Origin: Oopsacas minuta | Taxonomy: Eukaryota > Animalia > Porifera | DNA length: 64,000 nt | Reading direction: 5' to 3' | NCBI GenBank assembly: GCA_024704765.1 | Contig: JAKMXF010000343.1 | Span: 310,001 to 374,000 of the forward strand | Part shown: positions 53,241 to 64,000 of the stretch, piece by piece | Layout of the letters: each line of letters starts with the position of its first letter | Numbering within the stretch: position 1 is the stretch's first letter | Program-made: the position numbers and the translations under genes | The notes under the pieces: model-generated | What the model was told of the DNA's origin: nothing | The model's database searches: none | What the model saw: only the letters and a program-made list of their open reading frames with translations

Positions 53241-54380
53241 ATGGGTCTAAGTCTATCAGAGCCGATAACAACAAAGACGACAGATGCTCAGGAGAATGAA
53301 CAGTACAAAGTAGGTGTATCGTGTATGCAGGGATGGAGAATTGAAATGGAAGATGCTCACACTATTGAGATTGATTACATTGAAGATGATAAATCATGCT
53401 TTCTCGCGGTTTTTGACGGCCACGGTGGTACAAAGGTTGCGAAATATTCCGCCTCGAATCTCTACAAAGTATTTCCAAATCTCGATACTTTCTCGAAAGG
53501 TGACTACCATGCCGCCCTGAAAAAGAGTTTTCTCGATACGGACGTGAACATGTTAGCAGATGACGACATGCGTGACGATTCATCTGGAGCTACAGCTGTC
53601 GTTGTATATATCAAGAATAACAAATTATACTGCGCTAATGCTGGCGATAGCCGCGCGATTCTAAGCAAAAGTGGCACTGTATTTGAGCTATCACATGATC
53701 ATAAGCCTAATAACACAACTGAGCATCAGAGAATCAATAAAGCAGGAGGATATGTCGAATTTAACCGTGTGAACGGGAACCTCGCGCTTTCTCGAGCCCT
53801 TGGTGACTTCACGTATAAACATAATGATGCATTGGTGGCTGAGGAACAAATCGTTACAGCTGATCCAGATATCATTGAGAAGGAGCTCTCTTCTGATGAT
53901 GAGTTCATTGTACTAGCCTGTGATGGGATATGGGATTGTATGACAAATGAAGAAGTGTTAGATTTCGTGCGTACGCGTCTAGCTGAGGGGATACAGCCTC
54001 ATGTTATCTGTGAGAAGATAATGGATTTCTGTCTAGCTCCAGAAGTTAAGCCGGGTGGTGTAGGCTGTGATAACATGTCCGTTATTATCACCTGTTTATT
54101 GAATGGGAAAACATTCGAAGAATTTTGTGCAAAACTCTCATCTTCATCAAATATCAATTTGGATAAAGAACAGACTGAGCCGGTTAATCACACCGCAGAG
54201 AACCAGGTAGAAAACGGCGAAGAGACACCAAGTACGTCACAAACGGAGGAGAAAGAGGAATTGAAAGATCTTACATTCATTCCGCATAAATCACCGATAG
54301 ATATAGCCGATGAACTCTCCTCTCCCGTAACAGTCGTAAAAGAAGCAGAAATTCAGAGTTTACTAAATGGAAATTTGTAA
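53241..54380 (+). CDS. PP2C/PPM phosphatase of the Ptc2/ppm-2-like type, N-terminal Met-Gly, intronless
   Basis: MGLSLSEPIT, SCMQGWRIEMEDAH, VFDGHGG, ANAGDSRA, RVNGNLALSRALGDF, LACDGIWD, GCDNMS. Confidence 0.92.
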   Translation: MGLSLSEPITTKTTDAQENEQYKVGVSCMQGWRIEMEDAHTIEIDYIEDDKSCFLAVFDGHGGTKVAKYSASNLYKVFPNLDTFSKGDYHAALKKSFLDTDVNMLADDDMRDDSSGATAVVVYIKNNKLYCANAGDSRAILSKSGTVFELSHDHKPNNTTEHQRINKAGGYVEFNRVNGNLALSRALGDFTYKHNDALVAEEQIVTADPDIIEKELSSDDEFIVLACDGIWDCMTNEEVLDFVRTRLAEGIQPHVICEKIMDFCLAPEVKPGGVGCDNMSVIITCLLNGKTFEEFCAKLSSSSNINLDKEQTEPVNHTAENQVENGEETPSTSQTEEKEELKDLTFIPHKSPIDIADELSSPVTVVKEAEIQSLLNGNL

Positions 54381-55935
54381 TCCATACCTCCTATATACTC
54401 CTAAACCCCCAAAACATTAACTGTACATTTAGTGTAGCTGCTAAAGACTTCTCTCCAACTCTATATGTTACATTATATGAGATAAATATAATCAGTTTAA
54501 AATAGTAGCTAAACGTATTAACAAATGTCATTCGTTTACTTTGTATATTCAGAATCATTGTTTGTTTGTTTGTGAATTCTGTTTGTTTTCTTCAGCTAGG
54601 TTTACTGTATGTTGTTTGTTGTTTGTTGTTATTTCACACTTAGTTAGCACGTATTGTTAATAGTACTAGATTTGTCATATTTGTAATGTTTTTTGAAAAT
54701 GATAATTATTCGTTTACTCTCGTAATTATTTTGTTTAAGGAATTTAACCAAATTTAACACGACTGGAGGACATAACTTTAATTGACCGATATCTTAAAAT
54801 ATCGTTACTTTTACATACAATGACACCTCGTTAATACGAACACCCGGTAGTGATGTGAATTGATGGATTTCCCATTATAAAACTTGACAAAGCCTTGCTC
54901 TAGAAAGGCCGGTGAATATGAATGCCTCGGATGCCGACGAATTACATCATAATATTTCAGGAGTTTTTTTTAACGTTTTTCCTCAAATTTGCATGAGTAT
55001 CATTTGAAATTATCTAAGGCCCCTGGTACCAATTGTTTCGATGTTTACTGACTACGTGTATTCGTAAATATTATATCCCTAGTTAATGAATTCATGAAAC
55101 TGACAGCACTGATTGTATTCATTATACGTGTCTTGTAATATATTTTTTACATAATTATTATCCATATTATAAACCTTGTGATCAGTTTGTAACTCCCGTA
55201 ACATACGCTCTATAGAACTACAGGGAGGAGCTAATTGTTTAGCATAAAGGGATGGATTATTAATGTGTTGTAGGAGGTGATATAATACTTGAGGTACAAG
55301 GTTTGAATGGACTTAGCATATTATTTGTTTAAGATTTTAATCTTTGATTTCATATCGTAATTTTCTTATACTTCACTATAGCTATGGCTCCACTTATGAA
55401 GCTTATTTTCTGATTCAAACGGCAATCTATCCACAAATATTCCTTGGTTGTATCAGAAATAGATTTCTTGCCAAAAGCAACTCACGGCCACTTGTCTACG
55501 ATATTGATAACCAGTTAGAAATTAGGATTCAATTTTATTGTTAGGAGCGAATTTGCATTGTTTATAGAAAATCAGCAAATTCTCGTTGTTTATGTATGTA
55601 ATATAATTTCGGGATAGGTACTGATTAATGACCCCGAGCTACCGACTATTCTTAAATTACAGCAAATCGCGCTCACTTATACCGAGATAGACCTACACAT
55701 TATCTCTCTGGCAGTTTGGCTCTGATATAACGAGAGTGACTGTAATATGCAAAAATTCAAACACGGAAGATTGTTATTTTAATATTGTAATAGGTTAATT
55801 ATATTGAATTCTCATCTGTTAAGTGTAAATACACTTAACGATATTAGTACACATGATTCTTCTCTGAATATCGTTCCGTTTGTGAAGATTGGCTTAGCTG
55901 TAAGCAATCAATCTGTAATTATTTAGCAAATTTCA

Positions 55936-56832
55936 ATGCTTAGTTTATTAAGATTATATAATACTACACCACAGCTAAGTTACATACTGAATCCACACAA
56001 ACTACAGATTATGGCAAAATCTCGTTTTGAATACGTAAAAAAGTTTGAACAAGATGACAGATGTCTTTTAGGCTGCTGGATTGTTGTAAGAATTGACGGC
56101 AGATCTTTCCATAAATTCACAAGCGAACATTTATTCGCCAAGCCTAATGATTTGAGTGCTTTGAAATTAATGGATGTAGCCGCTTGTTCAGTTATGGAAG
56201 AATTCCGCGATATTATTTTCGCATACGGACAAAGTGATGAATATAGTTTTATATTCGATAGAAAGATGTCTCTTTTCAATCGAAGAAGTAGCAAAATTCT
56301 AACCAACCTCGTTTCCTTATTCACTTCAAGTTATACATACAATTGGCGGATTCACTTCCCAAATACAGAGCTAAAATACCCACCTGCGTTTGACGGGCGA
56401 GTAGTTTTGTATCCGAACACGATCGTACTTAAAGACTATTTAAGCTGGCGACAAGCTGATTGTCATATTAACAATTTATACAATACAGCTTTCTGGGAAA
56501 TTGTCAAATCAGGGAAATCACATGTTGAAGCTGCTGCTAGACTTAAAGATACTTTTTCATCTGGTAAAAATGAAATTTTATTTTCAGAATTTGGAATTAA
56601 TTATAATAAAATAGAGCCCCGGTATAGGAAAGGTAGTTGTTTATTTTGGATTGATAAAATGACTGAGAAATCACCAGAAGGTCCTGATACAGTAGGTGAA
56701 TTTATAACAGGAGGTGCGTGTAAAAAACCGCGAGTTTGTAGAGAAATAACTGTATCACATGAAGATATTATTTCAGAAGTATTTTGGTCTAATCATCCTC
56801 AAATATTAGGTCAAGATATAGTAAATAGTTAA
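55936..56832 (+). CDS. THG1L: tRNA(His) guanylyltransferase, intronless
   Basis: MAKSRFEYVKKFE, VVRIDGRSFHKF, AYGQSDEYSF, PPAFDGRVVLYP, YLSWRQADCHINNLYNT, KNEILFSEFGINYN. Confidence 0.95.
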   Translation: MLSLLRLYNTTPQLSYILNPHKLQIMAKSRFEYVKKFEQDDRCLLGCWIVVRIDGRSFHKFTSEHLFAKPNDLSALKLMDVAACSVMEEFRDIIFAYGQSDEYSFIFDRKMSLFNRRSSKILTNLVSLFTSSYTYNWRIHFPNTELKYPPAFDGRVVLYPNTIVLKDYLSWRQADCHINNLYNTAFWEIVKSGKSHVEAAARLKDTFSSGKNEILFSEFGINYNKIEPRYRKGSCLFWIDKMTEKSPEGPDTVGEFITGGACKKPRVCREITVSHEDIISEVFWSNHPQILGQDIVNS

Positions 56833-56924
56833 TGCTTAGTTTATTTACTTATTTTGTTATAAATATATTCTATTAATTTGGGTCTTTGTCAGTGAATTGA
56901 TGGAAATTTATTTTTGAAAATATA

Positions 56925-57073
56925 TAGTCAACTCCCGTCATATCGAAGTTCAAGGGACCCTGATAATTACTGATATAACCGATAATATATATATGTTACT
57001 TTGAAGGTTGGGACCATATTTGTACAACTTCAGACTTTGGTATATCCGTGTTCCATATAACGCGAGTTGACTG
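56925..57073. mobile_element. Family-A MITE downstream of THG1L
   Basis: AGTCAACTCCCGTCATATCGAAG ... ATATAACGCGAGTTGACTG with the reverse-complement core. Confidence 0.75.
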
Positions 57074-57379
57074 CACTTAATGAAAAGGAAATTCATGCTA
57101 TTAAACGCATTTAGGATAACTATTTTCTGGTACAAAAAATTGGGCCATACTCGGTTAAATAGTATTATTTCGACGATCCTTGAAAATGTCACCCCGTCCC
57201 CCATTTGTATGGGACTAGGAATTTGCCCTATTGATTTTTCACTCCGTTCCACATCACAGTCCCGTTTGTGGAGGTTGCACTGTATTCGGTTTGGCAGTTA
57301 TTCAATAGATATTCATTAATTATTCGGTTCGACTTTCGTATAATTATTAACTGTGTTTATTACTGGGAATATAGCTGGA

Positions 57380-57883
57380 ATGGATAAGACAAGAACAACT
57401 GAAGCAGCTTCACGGTCTGAATCTGGATCAAACACTTCAAGCTATGAAATACCCCGCAGACGTAAAGAGCGTTTTTCTGAGGAAGCAATCAATCAAAATA
57501 AATGGATGTCAAATACTAAACAAACTTCCTATTCAACTAATACACTAATAGGGAATTGGTATGAAGATGTATTCGATATTAAAAACCTAGCAAAATCCAA
57601 ATGTGTTCCATCACAATACAATCATTATTTCGAAACCACATACCGTAAAGATATCTCCAAGGAACGTCCCCCGGTACCAAAAGTACTAGCACAATACCGT
57701 CAGCCTGAGGCAGCTGCCTACCCAGCTCACCAACCTATTCTTGATACTTCTAGGGCTAAAGCTGAATACAACTCGTATATATCTAGCTATTCGTCTGCCT
57801 ATACCACGCTAAATACCGTGTCAGGTAAGCAGGAAGATAAAGGAGAACAGGTAGAAGATAATGGAGAAAGAGCTCTGAATTAA
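57380..57883 (+). CDS. CFAP68: UPF0686 family ciliary protein (C11orf1/CFAP68-like), intronless
   Basis: YSTNTLIGNWYE...VPSQYNHYFETTY matches the remembered CFAP68 core; ATG at 57380. Confidence 0.75.
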   Translation: MDKTRTTEAASRSESGSNTSSYEIPRRRKERFSEEAINQNKWMSNTKQTSYSTNTLIGNWYEDVFDIKNLAKSKCVPSQYNHYFETTYRKDISKERPPVPKVLAQYRQPEAAAYPAHQPILDTSRAKAEYNSYISSYSSAYTTLNTVSGKQEDKGEQVEDNGERALN

Positions 57884-58397
57884 AACTTGTACTATATGGA
57901 TCGGTAACACAATCACTTCGATTAATATCTACAAACACTTGTATCATATAATTAATACTATTATTTATCAAATATTCTGCTTATAACTTTAATATATTTA
58001 TTTGACCGAAATTTGGCGAGGAAGTTTTTGGTTTCATGTCGACAGTTTTTAACATTCTCCGCGACCTTTCCTTCATCCATTATTGGCCCCAAACCGAATA
58101 TTTATTTGCTGCTCAATACATTTACTCCATCCATATTTAATTTATAACAAAATGCTACCTAGTATGCTTATTAATTATATAACCATGGATAGTGGATTTA
58201 GTTTTTCTGCATGGATTTTGTCCTAGTTCATTTAGAGGCACTCTTCGCTTGATTTGACTGGGAAACTTGGATATAACATATAATAACAAATCCACCATCC
58301 ATGGTTACATAACTAATAATCATATAAAGGACCATTTTTGTAGGGAACCATCTACTTTAAATGCTTGTATAGCCATCCATACATTATTACTACACAA

Positions 58398-59207
58398 TCA
58401 ACTATTACTGTTATCATGCCATAGTAAACCACCGAATTCAGGGTCACTCTCTGTAAGTCGTATAACATTCTCTGCTATGTCACTCGGTCTCATCTGATCC
58501 TGTGTATTAGTATCTGTATCATTTGGTGTGTCTAATGACTGATTAATGTAGTTTACAAGTTTGTCTAGTAATGATTGATCATTCAAGATAGTGTCTATTA
58601 ATTGTGTCATATATTCGTCTTTTTCTGGCTGTACATCTTGAGATTGTGTAGGTTTTAACGGTGGGGTTAATTTCGATTTTTTCCGAGTAGGAATTGTACT
58701 TTTATGCTTCACCGAAGTTAACACTAAATTCTGTAAAGTTTTTTGTTGCATATTAGCTAACTGTACTAGATTTTGTATGGAAGTTTCATGTCGATCTATT
58801 TGTGTGATGACCTCCTGAATTTTATAATTAACATCTTTATTGCCATTTGAAAACTGCAATGGAATGCAAGCTAGTTGATCTACTCGCGTGGGTTTTCTCT
58901 TCCTACTGGTAGAAGTCTTCACAATCTGTAGCGAACTATTACAGTGTGGAATTGCAGCGTTGCTATTGTGGTTAACAATGGAATGTAGCCTGTAATAATC
59001 TCTAAGCAGTTCTTGTAGAGAAGTAGGGGGATTACATTGTGTGCAGGTGTGAGTGAAGAGAGATTTTATGGGTGATTCTAAGTGGAAATGTTGTTGTGAT
59101 TTATGACAGCCTTCTTTTTGTAGATAATCACTTACTATTCTAGCTGATAGCTGGTATATAGCATTATCTGTGTTGTTTGGTATTGTGCAAGTTGAATGCG
59201 ATTCCAT
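58398..59207 (-). CDS. NPAT: Short NPAT-like protein (269 aa) with LisH motif
   Basis: ARIVSDYLQKEGCHKSQQHFHLESP (LisH), ILNDQSLLDKLVNYINQ and VIRLTESDPEFGGL resemble three remembered NPAT blocks in the same order. Confidence 0.6.
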   Translation of the reverse strand: MESHSTCTIPNNTDNAIYQLSARIVSDYLQKEGCHKSQQHFHLESPIKSLFTHTCTQCNPPTSLQELLRDYYRLHSIVNHNSNAAIPHCNSSLQIVKTSTSRKRKPTRVDQLACIPLQFSNGNKDVNYKIQEVITQIDRHETSIQNLVQLANMQQKTLQNLVLTSVKHKSTIPTRKKSKLTPPLKPTQSQDVQPEKDEYMTQLIDTILNDQSLLDKLVNYINQSLDTPNDTDTNTQDQMRPSDIAENVIRLTESDPEFGGLLWHDNSNS

Positions 59208-59550
59208 TGCTAATGTATTATCTGTACGACCAGTATTCTAATATTAGAGAATTAAAGCACCATACACCGTACATACGAACTCAGGATAGACGAACACGTT
59301 TGGACTGTCCGTTGTTCGTTGGTGTTCGTATTAACTTAATTGTGCCCCTTATGCGTAGCTAAATCATGGCAGAATTGAAAAAGCGTTTTCTTAAGAACTG
59401 TTGCTAAATATACTCAATCCAATCAAATTAATACCAGCTATCTCATAAGACAAAAAACAGAATCAAATAATCTACACACAATATATATATATATATATAT
59501 ATACACACTATTCAGATATACATACAAATCAAACAATACACAAGGAGTTA

Positions 59551-61707
59551 TTATGGGCATATTCTGTTCAATGCTTGTTTAGCTTCCTGTCGAACAGCTG
59601 ATGCATCTATCACTTGAATATATTTTAATTGTGCGATAGATGGCGCATACTAAATAAATAGACGATATTAAAATTATGTATCCATATTAGTCCGGTAGAG
59701 AAACTCACTTTTATTCTACCGAGTGCTCTGCATGCGCCTTGTCTTATTGTCTGATCACTATGTTCCAGTATTGAAATGAAGTAAGTACCGACCTAATATA
59801 GTACAAACTCTATTATATTACATATAGTCACCGAACAGACCTTCGAAATTGTACTTTTTATCCAGAATAACCGAAGTTATTCACTCAATTACGTCATACT
59901 GATTTTCCCCGTATTATAATTTACAGTCAACTCCAGTTATATCCAAGCTCAAGGACGGGGCGATAATCACTTCGCTATGACCGATGAAATATATGTCGGT
60001 TTGTGACCATATTTGTACATTTTCAGCTCAGTCTTCGATATAACGGGAGTTGGCTATTTCCCTATGAATTACCTCTTCCAGTATTCTGGTATCTCTAGTT
60101 ATATTCTTGAGATAATTATCTAATGAAATAACAGAATTATATACATAATTCTATTTTTAGCATTCTAGAAATATTTAATGTTCAATCGCTCAAACTTGCC
60201 ATGTAGGAACCTATTCGAATTTAAAGAAGCATTGCTAGCATGGCGTAAACTAGATGACGTCATCGTGTATAGATTGAATACTTCACTACCAGTACGAGCT
60301 ATGAAAGAACATGATTTAGATCGGACTAAACAATGCAAAGATTTGTTTGATGATTTACAAGCTAACCATAACGCGAGGAAAACCGCGATTTCAGAATGTT
60401 TAAAAGAAAATGAGAGAATCGTCCATGAATTAGCTCAACAAAAGACAACAGGTGATTCAAGGACAAGTCAAGAAGTGAAAAAAGAAATGACAAAACTGAG
60501 ATTAATTCAAGCAGAACTCGGCGTAGAAGATGTTATTAGATCGAGAACAATGAAAATATATCATGAAAGATGTTGGAGTTTCTATCCACATGATAGTTAA
60601 TAATTTTAGGCACGATTAAGATAAATTAATGGTAACAAATCACATTAGAATGTTTTCATGTAAGATTTATATTATCGAATATTATTTTATAGTTTCATTT
60701 ACAATAGAATTACAATATACTGTGGATACGATACGTATTTCTTCTTAATGGCAGAAAGTTCGTTCCGGGGAAAATATGTTGCAGAAACATCCAAAAATGT
60801 ATCCAAACCCAACTTCAGCAGAGCTTTGGGTATCTCGTGACCTGGAACAACATCCAAGCAGGCGTAGCCACGAATCCAGGTTAATCGCCTGACCAACCAG
60901 CGAGGCAGCGAGTAATGCCTCTAAAAACCTATATCTACGACGAATTTTCCTCGAGACAAATTTCCATCAACGCAATATATATCATGTATGTATAATTACC
61001 TGCTATTTGACATGATTCATTAGGTTTAAGTAACATATGTGGAATAGCTCTGAGTATTCCTGTGTTGTAACCCATACCAGCCATTCTTTTAAGCTATAAG
61101 AAGAAGTAATACTAGATTAACATTTTCTAAATATTTCTACTCGTAAAATCACGTAATATGAATACTAGTCAGGGCGATTAAAAGAATTCAGTATTTTTCG
61201 CGCTATGTCTGAATTAATTATAAATATCACTGACCGTTACATTAACAATATATCTCTCTTCTGATGCTAATCCTTCATACAAACTCACTAAACAATAAGT
61301 TGAATAAAATCACATAAATACTGACAATATTATAACTCACAGTCTTCTGCTACTTCAGATACATACTCCTCTAGGCCTGATCTAAATTATACAGAATAAT
61401 TGAGTATTGGAATTTAGATATCCAAAAAGTGTAAAAATATCGAATTTTTGTGGAAATTGGGTAAAACGTAGTTCCGTAAAGCTCTTTACCGTTTCCAGAA
61501 GTTTCCAGTTGCCGTGTGTGGAGGTTATAATGTACTCGTAGCGCATATGAAGTATTTGATTAAATCAATATTATTACACAATTTAATCTTACATAATTTT
61601 AGTTTTGAAGTGATTATAGAATTGGAATATAGTTAAGTTTTGTACATCAGGTTGTTCTCCATCATCAAATGTAGTTGTAGTGATCTGATTAGCGATTGTA
61701 GGGAAGA
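59551..61707 (-). CDS. RIPOR/FAM65 C-terminal ARM/HEAT-like protein, 5' end not found. Exons 61707-61593, 61381-61341, 61287-61235, 61093-61000, 60119-60073, 59792-59709, 59649-59551
   Basis: Seven small exons join in frame: LTIFQFYNHF..GLEEYVSEVAED..GILRAIPHMLL..NYLKNITRD..YFISILEHSDQTIRQGACRALGRIKYAPSIAQLKYIQVIDASAVRQEAKQAL*, paralleling the RIPOR C-terminus. Not in the ORF track. Confidence 0.65.
59924..60055. mobile_element. Family-A MITE in a RIPOR-like intron
   Basis: TA-CAGTCAACTCCAGTTATATC ... GATATAACGGGAGTTGGCT. Confidence 0.75.
60178..60600 (+). CDS. MIX23: MIX23/CCDC58 mitochondrial intermembrane-space protein, intronless, nested antisense in intron 60120-60999 of the RIPOR-like gene
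   Basis: PCRNLFEFKEALLAWRKLDDVIVYRLNTSLP, CKDLF..AISEC, ELGVEDVIRSRTMKIYHERC. Confidence 0.88.
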   Translation: MFNRSNLPCRNLFEFKEALLAWRKLDDVIVYRLNTSLPVRAMKEHDLDRTKQCKDLFDDLQANHNARKTAISECLKENERIVHELAQQKTTGDSRTSQEVKKEMTKLRLIQAELGVEDVIRSRTMKIYHERCWSFYPHDS

Positions 61708-62146
61708 CTAAACGAATAGAATAAGATAATATATACTCAAATAATCGCTTCCCTGGGTTATTTATTAATTAATAAGACCACTGTTCCGGTCCTATCGAAG
61801 CTCAAGGGACCACGATAAGTACTCCGATATAACCAATGGAAGATCATGAAATATATGTAACTATGACGGTTTGAGTCCATATTTGTACAATTTTACGCTT
61901 CGATATTAATCCGGTATTTCGGTATATCCATGTTAGATGTAACGGAACAGTGGAGTTCGCCTATTAGCAATTATTTTGCATGAATTTCCCTTGTTAATAC
62001 GCGAACTTTCTAAAAGAAGAATTATTTCCAATTAAAATGAACGTCCTTGAATAAATTTGGTGTAGGCGAATCGCTGTTTCATGATCTCTAGCCTTTTCTT
62101 ATAAGTGTTATACGAACATTATCTAAGTATATTTGCTAGCAGATAA

Positions 62147-63430
62147 ATGAACTACAACAGACAGCTTAAAGAAGCAGACCGTATGTTACAAGAGGTAACC
62201 AGTACACATCATAACATCCTATCTATTGGAGGAGATCTATTCTCTAGATACGAAAAGTTATGCGAGGATAAGCTTAGACAAGCAGTAGAGGAGAATGAAG
62301 AGAAGTTATTACGTCATCATACTGAGCTTACACAACAAGCTGTAGCAGAGGCAGTTGAATTAGGTAAGTTTTAATAATTGTATTTATATGCCTTTTAACA
62401 CCCTTCATTAGAGGAATTGAGATATTTCAATAAAGTAGACATTTTGTATTTTGATTACGTCATAAAGTAATGAGGTAAAGATAATGAAATGCTGCTCGCC
62501 TGCATGCTTGATGGACATCATTTGGATCTGAAACGATTTTCTCATTATACAGGGGGCCTTTTTAATTATTCTGATGTAGGTAGGAGAGGGATGGAAACAG
62601 CTCTGATAGAAGCGAGGGTAGAGAGAGATAATGCAATTATTGAGAAAGAGAGAGAGGTTAGAGAGGATATGAATGAGATAGCAGATGCATTGGTTAGACA
62701 GGAGTATGAGAGAGGAAAATTAAGGTTATTTATTCAAATATTCATTACTAATGTTAGTTTAATACTTGTATAATTACTGTAGACTTACTTACCGACAATT
62801 TCCCCGGATTTTCCTTACCGAATTCCGAGATTTTCAAAAAAATTCAGAAAATTCCGTAGTACTAATACGTATTTTACATAATTGTTACACGGAATTTCCA
62901 GATCTACTGTAGTTATTATTCGATAATTCAGGAAACAAGAAGCAGTAGATGAAGCTAAAGAAATTTCTAGAATAGAATTAATTTCTAGAATTGAAGATGT
63001 TAGATTGGAAGAGAAAGAACTTTCAGGTGAGAAACTAGCTCAATTGAAAAGAGAAAATAATGAGGAAATACAACGAAAAGTAAGAGAAACTTTGGATAAC
63101 GATGAAATTATTTTAGGGCAGAAATTAAATGAATTGAGTGAACAGGATAATATATATTTGGAAAAAGTACGAGAAAATGATAGAACACAAGCTGAATTGA
63201 ATATACAAAAGATTGAATCGGAATTCAACTCGAAACTCTCTCTCAAACAAAACGAAATCGAAGTTTTACTCGCGAATATTCACAAATTAGAAGAAAATCT
63301 TAATTCAAAAGATGAACAAATTAACAAACTTGAAATTCAATACGAAAATTCTCGTATAGAATTCAGTCATTTTGTGGATACAATGAGTGAGATAGGAGGA
63401 GGTTACACGGTAAGAAAGGATCCGTCATAA
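62147..63430 (+). CDS. Coiled-coil protein, C6orf163-like; exons 62147-62362, 62580-62724, 62932-63430
   Basis: Phase-compatible junctions; THHNILSIGG and terminal SRIEFSHFVD resemble remembered C6orf163 segments; Glu/Lys/Arg heptads. Confidence 0.55.
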
Positions 63431-63697
63431 GATGACATCACGAAATCAACTATTATCACTCTCATTTACAACCTGTATTATTATTATTAATATGCTAGTA
63501 TAGGAATAATAATAATAATATTGATATTCATGGTTACTTAGTAGGGGATACTATTTGTTCTGTGGGAAATGAATGATATTTCTTTTGTTTCCTTGTCTAA
63601 GAATTCAGTTTATAGTCATTGCTTTATATTAAGAACACTTCAATTATAACATTTTAATATTATATACATAGTGGCCATCACATCAACAGACATCACA

Positions 63698-63964
63698 ATG
63701 GCAGAGAAGAATGGGGTAGCCAAGGAAGATGACGTCATTAAACTATTCGTAGGTCAGATTCCGAAACACTACGAACGAGAAGACATAGAAGAAATAATGT
63801 CAGAATTCGGAGAGATATTTGAGATTAATGTGATCAGGGATAAGATAACTAACGAACATAAGGGATGTGCTTTCATAACATATGTGTGTAGATCTGCTGC
63901 TACTAATGCTCAGATGGAATTACATGAGAAGAGAACTCTCCAGGGAATGTCACATGCAATGCAG
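63698..63964 (+). CDS. CELF: CELF/Bruno RNA-binding protein, first coding exon (RRM1), continues beyond window
   Basis: IKLFVGQIPK, KGCAFITY, LHEKRTLQGMSHAMQ followed by GTGAGG donor; not in the ORF track. Confidence 0.88.
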
Positions 63965-64000
63965 GTGAGGTTAAAACGTAGAATAGACATACGTACACTC

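Noticed and set aside
5001-57252. Short track ORFs containing IQSTPVIS or YGPN-type text (e.g. 5001-5219, 20464-20652, 24498-24680, 56950-57252) and ORFs antisense to larger genes
   Set aside because: They are translations of MITE copies or shadow ORFs, not independent genes.
60699-60920. Minus-strand ORF as an exon of the RIPOR-like gene
   Set aside because: Exon 60119-60073 gives the correct phases and length against the RIPOR C-terminus; this GC-richer segment is more likely MIX23 3' flank or a repeat.

Overview
AT-rich, very gene-dense eukaryotic (animal) DNA with short GT-AG introns; no prokaryotic features. The gene set (MyD88-like, NPAT-like, RIPOR-like, ciliary genes) and compactness suggest a non-bilaterian animal, most like a hexactinellid sponge such as Oopsacas minuta (inference only, no database search). 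Gene order: a multi-exon LRGUK gene (1 to ~10 kb, +) hosting four genes in its introns (EXOSC8, a chitobiase-like gene with altered catalytic motif, GET1/WRB, and same-strand KDSR); a death+TIR MyD88-like gene; a large low-complexity gene (-, 14.9-30.1 kb) with AT-hooks and, in an exon absent from the ORF track, a near-perfect BCL9/Legless HD1 (Pygopus-binding) motif; OFD1; a 10 kb receptor gene with 7 alternating C-type lectin/Ig units plus further Ig-like, FN3, TM and cytoplasmic parts; TMEM63/OSCA; a PP2C; THG1L; CFAP68; a miniature NPAT; a RIPOR/FAM65 C-terminal-like gene (not in the ORF track) hosting MIX23 in an intron; a C6orf163-like gene; and the start of a CELF gene. Several MITE families are scattered throughout. 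Exon models and family assignments were made by eye from splice signals, frame continuity and remembered motifs, and need RNA-seq/HMM confirmation. Leading candidates for novelty: the BCL9-HD1 protein and the modular lectin-Ig receptor.
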